From: Thermoplasmata archaeon
Lineage (GTDB): Archaea > Thermoplasmatota > Thermoplasmata > Lutacidiplasmatales > UBA184
Assembly (NCBI GenBank): GCA_030037815.1
Contig: JASHPZ010000022.1
Span: 1,782 to 65,781 of the forward strand
Direction: 5' to 3'
DNA: 64,000 nucleotides
A program made the position numbers and the translations under genes. Shown in pieces: positions 33,368-41,844 of this stretch (position 1 is its first letter; every line of letters starts with the position of its first letter). Under the pieces are notes generated by a model, which was not told where the DNA came from, did not search any database, and saw nothing but the letters and a program-made list of their open reading frames with translations.

Positions 33368-35623
33368 CTAAAGTGGGAAGGCAACCTCAAATGCCGTGAC
33401 AAAGCCCTCAGGAGGTGCAGCGACCCTAATCTTCCCACCGACGGCCGTAACAGCACGCTTTACGATGAACAGCCCGAGCCCCAACCCGCCGGCTAGTGGT
33501 CCTGCAAGCTCTCGGGTTGTGGATACAAATGGGTCGAAAATGTAGTCCTTGATTTCCGGCGGTATTCCTGGTCCGGTGTCAGCGACACGAAGGATGTGCT
33601 CACCCTCAGTGTTCCGGGCCTCAATTCGGATCACGCGCGTGCCATCCTCTTTTGAGTGCATTAGTGCCTTGAGGGCATTCGTATAGAGGTTCAGAACGAC
33701 TGCCGAGTAGAGACCCCCCCAGACCTTCGGCGGGCGCATCCCTTCCTCCACCTTGTTCTCGGACTGAATCCTGCGCTTCGTAGCGATGTCCGAGAAGAGT
33801 CCCACTACGTGTTCAACAAGATCATACGGGCTGAACGGCTCTGGACCGACATCTGGTAGCCTGTGGAGGAATGTCTGCGAGTAGTCCATAAATGATCTGA
33901 GGCGATAAATCGAATCCTCCACCGACGTTCGGGCTTTCTCCATAGCAGCAGCGCGTCCGTCTGACTCGGCTCGTTTAAGCGCACTGACGGAATCCCTCAA
34001 AGAAGTCATCAAGGTCTTGGTCTCATGGGTCATGAAACTCGCGAGAACTCCGAGAAGTGAAGCAGACTCGACGGCAGCCAGCGCCTTTGACCTGGCCTCG
34101 TCGGTCCGGGTGTAACGTTCGGCAAGTTCCCTGAATGCGGCAAGAACCACGGTTTTTTCCGACGGGACAATGTCTCTACTCCGCTGAACTCGGAGGGCGG
34201 CGGCCGCGAGCGATTCACGGAAATCCTTGGCCTCAGTTTCGGCCTCTTCTCGGTCAATCTCTTGAACCCCACGGGCGTCGACAACTGCAAGGAGTTCGAC
34301 GGCGGTGATTACGAGTTGACGGAGTAGTCTGAACCCCTCGTTTTGGACAAGCCCCTGCCGGTCCATGGAGGGTTGAATTCTATCGATCTGGACGGCTCCC
34401 ACGGTCGACCGCTCACGAAAAGTTTCGATCGAGACCCAGCCGAGGACTTGGTGGTTCGCCGGGACGCGAAGATACGGGCTGTAACGGCCATCCGTCTCAA
34501 AAGTCGAGTCGGCGAGTAACTCGTCAGTTACAGGCGAGACCCATCGACGGAGGTTTCTTGCCATTCGGCCGGAAAGGTAGAGCCAGTCATCCTCGGGTTC
34601 CCCGTAGGGCTTAACCCGGATGCCCCGATCAACCAATCTAACGCCGCCCTGCTCCTGGAGGTAGGCGTGCGCCCGCCTCCCATCTGCGGTCGTGAGTCCA
34701 GAGAACACACCCGAGCGGTGCGGATAGAAACCTATCTCGCCTTGGAGGGGCCCAATCAACGCCTCCAATTTCGGAATTGTAGCAGTCCACTTGGAACTGA
34801 ACCGAGTCTCTTGGGTTTCCGGATTGCGGTAAGTAACCCGGTAGGTCAGCTTGCCGCCCTTGCTTGAGAACCGAACTCTGGCCAGCCATCGGTCCACTAT
34901 CTCACTGGTGGCGGTCTGAAGTTCAGTGCCGGATCCTGGCTCTCCGAAATACACTCGTAGGCCTGGGTCCTCTTCGGTCGACGAGGACGCTCGAGCTAGC
35001 CATTCTGGAATCGCTGGAGTGACTACGTCCAAAACCTGATTTGTGACTCTAGCCAACCTGGCCGAGTCCCAGTCGTCGGCGAGTTTTCCAATGCTCAGGT
35101 GGGTGTAACTCGCGTTGTCGGGCCGTGGCGAAAGAATACGGTAGTGTACCTTGATGTCCTTCAGCTCACGTCCCGGTTTGAATTTGGCCCAATCGAAATC
35201 CGAAGACAACCGAAGACGCTTCCCCGCCTCCCCAGAATCCGCTGTTGTGTCCAAGTTGAGAGTCAGGCCGAGACGCCGGACAGCAAAGCGTCCGACTCCC
35301 TTCGACCCGGTGAGTGGGCGTTTGAAGATTCGAGACGCGTCCGAGCCAAGTTTTGACGTGGTTCCGATGCGCATCCATCCAGAGAGAAATTCCCGTTCAT
35401 TCATCCCGGTCCCGTTGTCTTGTATGTGCAACTTTGGCGACGCACCCCCCTCGAGCCACAGATAGACTTCCGTCGCATCGGCATCAAACGAATTCTTAAT
35501 CAGCTCAGAAAGCGCGGTGTTTGGATCGACAATCAGTCGCTCTCCGAGCTCAGACAGAATTTGCGCGTCACCTGAGAACGTCGCGTCAGCTTCCCGTAGA
35601 GGGGGGCCCTCCGACTGAGCCAT
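33368..35623 (-). CDS. Dual-GHKL protein: an N-terminal MORC/MutL-like GHKL ATPase plus a C-terminal histidine kinase (HisKA + HATPase_c).
   Basis: N-terminal GHKL motifs are ELIKNSFDADATEV (motif I), IQDNGTGMNEREF (motif II) and GSKGVGRFAVRRLG (motif III). The C-terminal kinase has an H-box (SFMTHETKTLMTSL), an N-box (VVLNLYTNALKA), G1 (VADTGPGIPPE), an F-box (IFDPF) and G2 (GGLGLGLFIV). The protein is 751 aa. Confidence 0.8.
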   Translation of the reverse strand: MAQSEGPPLREADATFSGDAQILSELGERLIVDPNTALSELIKNSFDADATEVYLWLEGGASPKLHIQDNGTGMNEREFLSGWMRIGTTSKLGSDASRIFKRPLTGSKGVGRFAVRRLGLTLNLDTTADSGEAGKRLRLSSDFDWAKFKPGRELKDIKVHYRILSPRPDNASYTHLSIGKLADDWDSARLARVTNQVLDVVTPAIPEWLARASSSTEEDPGLRVYFGEPGSGTELQTATSEIVDRWLARVRFSSKGGKLTYRVTYRNPETQETRFSSKWTATIPKLEALIGPLQGEIGFYPHRSGVFSGLTTADGRRAHAYLQEQGGVRLVDRGIRVKPYGEPEDDWLYLSGRMARNLRRWVSPVTDELLADSTFETDGRYSPYLRVPANHQVLGWVSIETFRERSTVGAVQIDRIQPSMDRQGLVQNEGFRLLRQLVITAVELLAVVDARGVQEIDREEAETEAKDFRESLAAAALRVQRSRDIVPSEKTVVLAAFRELAERYTRTDEARSKALAAVESASLLGVLASFMTHETKTLMTSLRDSVSALKRAESDGRAAAMEKARTSVEDSIYRLRSFMDYSQTFLHRLPDVGPEPFSPYDLVEHVVGLFSDIATKRRIQSENKVEEGMRPPKVWGGLYSAVVLNLYTNALKALMHSKEDGTRVIRIEARNTEGEHILRVADTGPGIPPEIKDYIFDPFVSTTRELAGPLAGGLGLGLFIVKRAVTAVGGKIRVAAPPEGFVTAFEVAFPL

Positions 35624-37018
35624 CTATCGGCCCGCGGATCGTGGCGACTCGGTATAGGCCGATAGAATTGAGTTCATTTGGCCCACTTCGATGCGTCTCA
35701 TGCCCCCGACCCAGGGGACGCTACCGCGAGCGAAGTTCCAAGACTTAAGGTAGTTCACCAGGCGGCTAGGGGACTGCCTCGGAGTCCCAATGTGTATCGC
35801 GTGGACGGTACCGAGGTGGACAACCCCGCTCGGATTGCTCACAACTTTGAGGCCGCGAGAACTCGAGTACGCGCTGGAATAGAGGACTTTCCCGGGGATC
35901 GGCACGGTGTAGTCGTACCAAACCGCTCGAGCCCCGCAAGTACTGTTCTCTTGAATCGATTTGGGCACCGAATCCAACCATGCCCGTACGGCAGAATCGA
36001 GCCCTGGCGAGTCCGTCCTCAAGAGCCAACACCGAAGTCCGGCACGGACGTACCTAGCCGTGAATGCAGCTCGAGTGAGAGTGGTGAAGGTGTTTGGGAG
36101 TGGCCGAAGGGTGCCCACCGCTGGCCAAACCGCGTCAAGCGGAATTCGCGCCTCAATACGTTCCGCCTCTGTCAAGACGAACCAGTTTCGTGAGCCTGGG
36201 CTCAGCCCTCTGAAGGCATACAGGTGATCCGATCGTGGCGAGTGCCCTCTCGTGGAAATCAATCGCCTCGAGCCGCCACCCTTTCTTGGGCGAAGGTCGG
36301 CGCGCAGTTTCACCAAGCTGACAGTGGAGCATGACTCGTTTTTTTCGATCAGAGTGATCCCTGCGTTCGCCCTCTTTCCGATGTCAAAATCCACCGTGGA
36401 AGGGAGCTCGAATAGTGTAACCTTCCACTTGTGTTTCAGAATGTAACTCCTTAGTGCTCGGGTAGCAGCTTTCTGGATCCAGTCAGACGGTAAGACCATG
36501 CAGACTCTCCCATCTGCCGACGTCCTCAGAGTTGCGAACCAAAGAAAGTAGCAGGCGAGGTTTCCCAGCGGGCCAGGGTCAACCCCAGCTTCCTGTTTTA
36601 TCAATCGACGTGCGCGATCACGCCACAGCGAGTCCAAGTCTTGCACTCGCATGAAGGGCGGATTTCCTATTGCTAATTCGAACTCGCCCTTCGCTTCCAG
36701 GGCGTCCCGACACCGAATCTTTGCATTCCGAGGAAGAGTGAGGGTTCGTACTTTGGGGTCCAGCTCATACCCTAGGTACGACCCATACTTTCCGTAGAGC
36801 GCGAATCGGCCGTCCCCCGCACCCAGATCGAGGACAGTGTGCGGCTTGAACCGACCTTTCGTACACAGCCGCCAAGCCGCCGAGACTACGGGATATGGAG
36901 TCACAACCTGGCACCGTCGAAGGCTCGGCAAGTTACCCCGCGTCCCGGGTCGGCTGGAAACCTGTCCGGGAATAGTCTTCACCGGAAATGGTCGGGGGTT
37001 AGACTTTGAACTGATCAT
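35624..37018 (-). CDS. N6-adenine-type DNA methyltransferase (gamma-like order: motif I precedes NPPF) with a large C-terminal presumptive target-recognition region.
   Basis: Motif I is VLDLGAGDGRF. Motif IV is IGNPPF. The protein is 464 aa. Its stop abuts the GHKL/HK start. Confidence 0.78.
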   Translation of the reverse strand: MISSKSNPRPFPVKTIPGQVSSRPGTRGNLPSLRRCQVVTPYPVVSAAWRLCTKGRFKPHTVLDLGAGDGRFALYGKYGSYLGYELDPKVRTLTLPRNAKIRCRDALEAKGEFELAIGNPPFMRVQDLDSLWRDRARRLIKQEAGVDPGPLGNLACYFLWFATLRTSADGRVCMVLPSDWIQKAATRALRSYILKHKWKVTLFELPSTVDFDIGKRANAGITLIEKNESCSTVSLVKLRADLRPRKGGGSRRLISTRGHSPRSDHLYAFRGLSPGSRNWFVLTEAERIEARIPLDAVWPAVGTLRPLPNTFTTLTRAAFTARYVRAGLRCWLLRTDSPGLDSAVRAWLDSVPKSIQENSTCGARAVWYDYTVPIPGKVLYSSAYSSSRGLKVVSNPSGVVHLGTVHAIHIGTPRQSPSRLVNYLKSWNFARGSVPWVGGMRRIEVGQMNSILSAYTESPRSAGR

Positions 37019-37168
37019 GAGCCCCGAAACCCCAAGACGCGCATCTACGTAGACTTACCGACGTCGACGTCGGGTCTCCCCTGTGAACTACATGAGCTGC
37101 CCCTCGGAACCGGAGGGTGGGCGCCCCGCAATGGGGGCCGCGGGTAGACGCGCCGCTCTGCCTGTTTG

Positions 37169-37513
37169 CTATTTACGGTGTGGGAAGTCGATTGCCTTCA
37201 GCGCCTGATTTCTGACCGATTCGGGAACGGAGCCGTCGCCCCCGATTTCTGCGAGTAGTTGGAGTCCTGCTGCTCCAGTCTTCGCCAGGGCTGTGACCGC
37301 GTGTTCTTTGACGCTGGACGGAGATTGAGGATCCCTGATGGTCTTCGATAGCGACTTTGCCAACTTGGCGGCCTCGTCAGTCTGCACCCAAGCCTCGATT
37401 GCCTCGACCAAGCCCTTGCTGAGGTCTCCCTTCCGGCCGCCGAACCGCTGGGCCACGGTAATCCGCAGCCGTTTGGCCAGTGCGTCTGGGATAACCGCGT
37501 CAATTCGAGCCAT
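37169..37513 (-). CDS. RHH (CopG/MetJ/Arc-like) transcriptional regulator with a C-terminal HEAT-like helical repeat. It is the first gene of the island operon.
   Basis: The start is taken at the internal ATG (MARIDAVIPDALAKRLRITVAQRFGGRKGDLSKGLVEAIEAW is an RHH). The longer listed start (37579) would overlap the divergent transposase start. Confidence 0.55.
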   Translation of the reverse strand: MARIDAVIPDALAKRLRITVAQRFGGRKGDLSKGLVEAIEAWVQTDEAAKLAKSLSKTIRDPQSPSSVKEHAVTALAKTGAAGLQLLAEIGGDGSVPESVRNQALKAIDFPHRK

Positions 37514-37550
37514 TGGTAATCTCTCAGAGTCACCCCATAGATGAACATTT

Positions 37551-38957
37551 GTGTCTACCCACTTATCCGAGTTGCTCATATACTTCCGTGATATGTGTGT
37601 AAGTGGTTACACACGCAATATGACGAAACTCGGCGAGGGCGATATGGTTGCACGCCTGCGGGCGTTCGAGCTCATCGCTGCTAACGAAGAGCCGATCATT
37701 CCTGTCAGCCGGTCGACCTACAGGGTGCACTCCCAATCGCGGGACAGCTACTACACGATTTCTCGTAAGCAGGGTCACTGGTGGTGTACCTGCGACGGGT
37801 TTGACGCTGCCCGGGGGCGGTGCAAACACATCTGGGCGGTCGAGATTTGGCGGGAGCCGGCGAAACACTATGTTCAGAACTCGTCCGAATCGTCTTCCCA
37901 CAAGAGTTACGGTCAGGATTGGCCCGCATACGACGCCGGCCAGCAGGATGAACACCGACTCTTCGATCGCCTACTTTGGGGACTCCTCGAAGACGTAGTC
38001 GAGCCCGTCCGCCCAGTAGGCAAGCGCGGGCGGCCTCCAATCCCGCTCCGTGTTCAGCTGCTTCACTCGATCCGGAAAGTTCACCTGAACAAGGCAGCGC
38101 GGGAGGTCAAGGGACTGCTCGACACGATCTATGCGGGCGGGCTTGGAATCGTGGAAGGGATACCAAACTACGCGACCCCATCCCGCCTTTTCAACCAGCC
38201 CTTCGTCTCAGAGATTCTTGTTGGCTTGATAGAGCGCTCTAGCCTTCCCCTGAAGGACATCGAGGAGACTCGAACTGTCGCGATCGACTCATCAGGTTTC
38301 TGCCTCACCTGCATGAGTGCCTATTGCACCGAGAAGCACGATCCGACTCGGAAGCACAAGTGGATCAAGGCTCACGTCATCATCGGGGTGAAAACTCACA
38401 TCATACTGGACGTCCGGATCACAGATGAACACGGTGCGGACTGCCCGCAGCTTATCCCGATGCTGGAGGACCTGGTTCGCCGAGGATTCCGACCCAGGAA
38501 AGTGCTCGGCGACAAGGCCTACCTGTCACGGGAGAACTACCGGGTCGCCCGGACCATCGGAGCCGACGCTTACTTTCCGTTCAAGCCGAACAGTGTCGGA
38601 ACCTCGAAAGGGAGCTGCGAGTGGGCCCGAAAGTACCACCAATTCCAACTAAAACGCGAGGAGTTCGACCACGAGTATCGCCAACGGAGCAACGTCGAGG
38701 CGGTCTTCTCCGCCATAAAGAGAAAGCTTGGTGAGCCCCTCTTCTCGAAGAACGTCCTTTCACAATTCAACGAGCTCCTCGCCAAGCTGCTCGCCTACAA
38801 CATCGGTATCGTAATCCACGAGATGCACGAGCATGGGATTGATCCCGAGGTCAACTGCCCACCGGATCCCCCCTATGTCCCACCTGTCCCGGTCTTCGAG
38901 CCCGCTCCCTGTGATTCAAATGGGGAGGTTGTGATTGAATTCGAGGTAGTATCCTAG
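37551..38957 (+). CDS. Transposase: an N-terminal SWIM zinc finger plus a DDE domain of the IS4/IS5 superfamily.
   Basis: The SWIM motif is WWCTCDGFDAARGRCKH. The DDE residues lie in AIDSSGF and LGDKAY. HEYRQRSNVEAVFSAIK matches the Y-(2)-R-(3)-E-(6)-K signature. The start is GTG. Confidence 0.8.
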   Translation: MSTHLSELLIYFRDMCVSGYTRNMTKLGEGDMVARLRAFELIAANEEPIIPVSRSTYRVHSQSRDSYYTISRKQGHWWCTCDGFDAARGRCKHIWAVEIWREPAKHYVQNSSESSSHKSYGQDWPAYDAGQQDEHRLFDRLLWGLLEDVVEPVRPVGKRGRPPIPLRVQLLHSIRKVHLNKAAREVKGLLDTIYAGGLGIVEGIPNYATPSRLFNQPFVSEILVGLIERSSLPLKDIEETRTVAIDSSGFCLTCMSAYCTEKHDPTRKHKWIKAHVIIGVKTHIILDVRITDEHGADCPQLIPMLEDLVRRGFRPRKVLGDKAYLSRENYRVARTIGADAYFPFKPNSVGTSKGSCEWARKYHQFQLKREEFDHEYRQRSNVEAVFSAIKRKLGEPLFSKNVLSQFNELLAKLLAYNIGIVIHEMHEHGIDPEVNCPPDPPYVPPVPVFEPAPCDSNGEVVIEFEVVS

Positions 38958-39067
38958 TAAAATCCCAAAGCCGGAGCCGCGGATGCGGGGGCGTCGCGCG
39001 CTCGTCGCCATCCGTACGGATCGACCCGAGCGGGGCCGCGTCCGCCGGGCCGTCCGTCTCTCGGGCG

Positions 39068-40108
39068 GTGGGCAACGCCTTACCTGCGAGCGGCACGGCC
39101 TCCCGATCGCGAGTGAACGCCCTCGACCCGGCGCAGTACCGCCTGCGCGCGCTTCGCCTCGACGACCTGCCGGCCGTCGCGGCGATCGGCAATCGGATCC
39201 ACCCGGTCCACCGGACGACCGAGGAGGTCGCGGAGTGGCGGACCGCGTTCGACTCCCCGACCCACTTCCGGCAGGAGCTCGTCGCGGTCCACGTGCCCAC
39301 CGACGCGGTGGTCGCGTTCGCCTCCATCGAGCACCACCCGCACATGCAGCACCCCCAGAAGTTCTGGGTCGGGGTCGAGGTCGACCCGGACCACCGCGGG
39401 CACGGCGTCGGCTCCGCCCTCTACGAGGAGCTCGACCGGACCGCCCGCTCCCTCCACGCCGTCCGGCTCTGGTGCTCGACGCAGGAGGCCGACCGGGGCG
39501 CGGTCGCGTTCGGCGACCGCCGCGGATTCCGCACCGTACGGAGGGTCTGGACCTCCCGGCTCGACGTCGCGTCGGCCCACCTCGAGCGGTTTCCCGACCG
39601 CACGGCGTCGCTCGAACGCGACGGGGTCCGGTTCACGACGCTCGAAGCGGAAGGGTTCGACCGGCCGGAAGTGCGCCGGGAGATGTACGAGCTCTACCGG
39701 GCGACGCACCGCGACATCCCGTCGATCGGGACGCGGTCGGACGTGACCTACGAGGAGTTCGAGCGTTCGGAGGTCGACCGGCCGGGGGTGCGGGCGGGGA
39801 CCGTCCTGCTCGCCGCCCGGGGCGACCGGTACGTCGGCGTCTCGAGCATCGAGCCGCTCGCCGCGGACGCGTCCACGCTCGTGGTCGGGTTCACGGGCAC
39901 GTTGAAGGAGCTCCGGGGACGGGGCGTGGCGACCGAACTGAAGCGACGCGCGGTCGAGTTCGCGCGGGCGCGGGGGTTCCGTTCGATCCTGACGAACAAC
40001 GACTCCCTGAACGCCCCGATCTGGTCGATCAACGAGCGCCTCGGCTTCCGTCCCGAGGCGACGTACCTCCAGCGCGAGCGGCGGTTGGACGCGGAGACGA
40101 CCGCCTAA
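39068..40108 (+). CDS. GNAT-family N-acetyltransferase with tandem GNAT domains.
   Basis: The acetyl-CoA-binding motifs are HRGHGVGSALY and LRGRGVATELKRRAVEFARARG. The start may be a downstream GTG (VNALDP...). Confidence 0.72.
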   Translation: MGNALPASGTASRSRVNALDPAQYRLRALRLDDLPAVAAIGNRIHPVHRTTEEVAEWRTAFDSPTHFRQELVAVHVPTDAVVAFASIEHHPHMQHPQKFWVGVEVDPDHRGHGVGSALYEELDRTARSLHAVRLWCSTQEADRGAVAFGDRRGFRTVRRVWTSRLDVASAHLERFPDRTASLERDGVRFTTLEAEGFDRPEVRREMYELYRATHRDIPSIGTRSDVTYEEFERSEVDRPGVRAGTVLLAARGDRYVGVSSIEPLAADASTLVVGFTGTLKELRGRGVATELKRRAVEFARARGFRSILTNNDSLNAPIWSINERLGFRPEATYLQRERRLDAETTA

Positions 40109-41742
40109 TGGACCCCGACGACCCGTCCGTCCGGAGTGACGTCGATCCCCTCGGACGCGGGGTGGGTCGGTAGGCCGGGCATCAACTCGACCGTCCCGAG
40201 CTGGGCGACCGTGAACCCCGCGCCGGCCGAGCGCAAGAACCGGTCGACGTGGACCCGGTACCCGGGCGGGGGCCGGTTGCGCAGCTTCGGGTCGTCCGAG
40301 AGTGAGAGTGGGGTCTTCGCGACGCACACCGGGCCCGACCGTTCCCCGATGCGCGCCCACGTCGCGAGGTCGGCAGCGGCCTCCTCGAGTGTTTCGACTC
40401 CGGACGCCGCGTAGAGCATCCGGGCGATGATCTCGAGCTGACGCTCCGGCGCCGTGTCGGGGGGGTAGAGCGGGCGACTCCTCCGGCCGAGTCCGGCCGC
40501 CGCTTCGACCGCGCGGGCCAGCTCGACCGTCCCGGCGCCTCCCTCCTCGAATCCCCGGGAGACCGCGAGTTCCACCCCGTGCGCCCGACAGCCGGTGCGG
40601 ATGGCCTCCGCTTCGGCGTCCGAGTCTCCGGGAAACCGGTTGAGCGCGACCACCCCGGCGAGCCCCAGCGCCTCCAGGTTGGCGAGGTGCTGTTCCAGGC
40701 TCTCGAGCCCGCGCGCGAGGGCGGCGGGAGCCGGCTGCTCCGCTTCGGCCTCGGTCGCGCCTCCCTGCACCCGGAGGCTCCGCTGGGTGACGACCAGCAC
40801 CGCCGCGTCCACCGGCACCCCGAGGACCGGGGTGACGATGTCGACGAACTTCTCCGCCCCCAGGTCGGTCGCGAACCCGGCCTCCACGACGCAGTACTCC
40901 GACGTCGCCAGTCCGAGCTCGATGGCGAGCCGGCTGCACGTGCCGTGGGCGATGTTCCCGAACGGACCCGCGTGCACGAGGGCGGGGACGCCCTCGGACG
41001 TCTGGACGAGGTTCGGCTCGAGCGCGTCCCGGAGTACCGCCGCCATCGCGCCCTCCGCCTTCAGGTCGGTCGCGCGGACGGCCGCGCCGGCCCGGTCGAA
41101 CGCGACGAGCATCCGGCCGAGCCGCTGCTTCAGGTCGGCGTAGTCCCGCGCAAGCGCGAGGATCGCCATCACCTCCGAGGCCGCCGTGATCACGAACGGG
41201 TTGTCGTGGACGACCGACCGCGGGTCCGGGAGCTTCCCGACGGTGACGTGGCGGAGCGCCCGGTCCTCGGTGTCCGTCGTGCGCGGCCAGAGGATCCGAG
41301 CGGGGTCGATCCCGAGCGCGTTCCCGTGGAACAGGTGGTTGTCGACGAGCGCGGAGAGGAGGTTGTGCGCCGCCGCGACCGCGTGGATGTCGCCGGTGAA
41401 GCCGAGGTTGATCTCCGCGGCCGGCTCGACGGTCGCGCGTCCCCCGCCCGTCGCCCCGCCCTTGACGCCGAACGTCGGGCCGAGCGACGGCTGACGGAGG
41501 CAGGCGACCGCGCGGCGTCCGGCGCGGGCGAGCCCGTCGGCGAGCCCGATGACGGTGACGGTCTTTCCCTCGCCGTGCCGCGTCGGGGTGACGCCGGTGA
41601 CGAGGACCAGCTTCCCGCGGGGACCCCGTTCCGCCCAGGCGCGGACGACGGAGACCGGGACCTTGCCGACGGTGCCGAGGGCGGGGCGGAGTTCCTCGGG
41701 CCCGAGGCCGAGCGCGCGGCCGAGTTCCGGGAGCGACCGCAT
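40105..41742 (-). CDS. fhs: Formate--tetrahydrofolate ligase.
   Basis: The P-loop is TPTRHGEGKTVTVIGL (consensus PTPaGEGKtTttIGL). The protein is 545 aa with FTHFS-typical regions throughout. Confidence 0.9.
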   Translation of the reverse strand: MRSLPELGRALGLGPEELRPALGTVGKVPVSVVRAWAERGPRGKLVLVTGVTPTRHGEGKTVTVIGLADGLARAGRRAVACLRQPSLGPTFGVKGGATGGGRATVEPAAEINLGFTGDIHAVAAAHNLLSALVDNHLFHGNALGIDPARILWPRTTDTEDRALRHVTVGKLPDPRSVVHDNPFVITAASEVMAILALARDYADLKQRLGRMLVAFDRAGAAVRATDLKAEGAMAAVLRDALEPNLVQTSEGVPALVHAGPFGNIAHGTCSRLAIELGLATSEYCVVEAGFATDLGAEKFVDIVTPVLGVPVDAAVLVVTQRSLRVQGGATEAEAEQPAPAALARGLESLEQHLANLEALGLAGVVALNRFPGDSDAEAEAIRTGCRAHGVELAVSRGFEEGGAGTVELARAVEAAAGLGRRSRPLYPPDTAPERQLEIIARMLYAASGVETLEEAAADLATWARIGERSGPVCVAKTPLSLSDDPKLRNRPPPGYRVHVDRFLRSAGAGFTVAQLGTVELMPGLPTHPASEGIDVTPDGRVVGVH

Positions 41743-41844
41743 GCGATGAGCGCACTCCCGCGCGCGGCTTCAAGATGCCGGCAGTTCCGGGCGCGCGCCG
41801 GGTCCGGGCGGCGGACCTAAGACCGCGCGCGGGCTTCCGGCGCC

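Larger units (their letters stand above)
29775..38985. mobile_element. Lower-GC genomic island (about 9.2 kb). It carries a methyltransferase/GHKL-kinase/receiver operon and a SWIM-DDE transposase. Identical 10-bp direct repeats GGAGCCGCGG lie near each edge (about 29844-29853 and about 38973-38982).
   Basis: AT content is visibly higher than the 68-70% GC surroundings. A transposase sits at the right edge. The direct repeats were found by eye. The boundaries are approximate. Confidence 0.55.

Noticed and set aside
37513-37579. The RHH regulator extended to the upstream ATG at 37579.
   Set aside because: That start would overlap the divergent transposase start (37551) by 29 nt. The RHH fold begins at the internal ATG (MARIDAVIPD...), so the shorter form is preferred.
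29844-38982. The 10-bp direct repeat GGAGCCGCGG, taken as definitive island boundaries.
   Set aside because: I kept it as a candidate, not a definitive boundary. A single GC-rich 10-mer could recur by chance in a 70% GC genome, and I cannot count its genome-wide frequency here.
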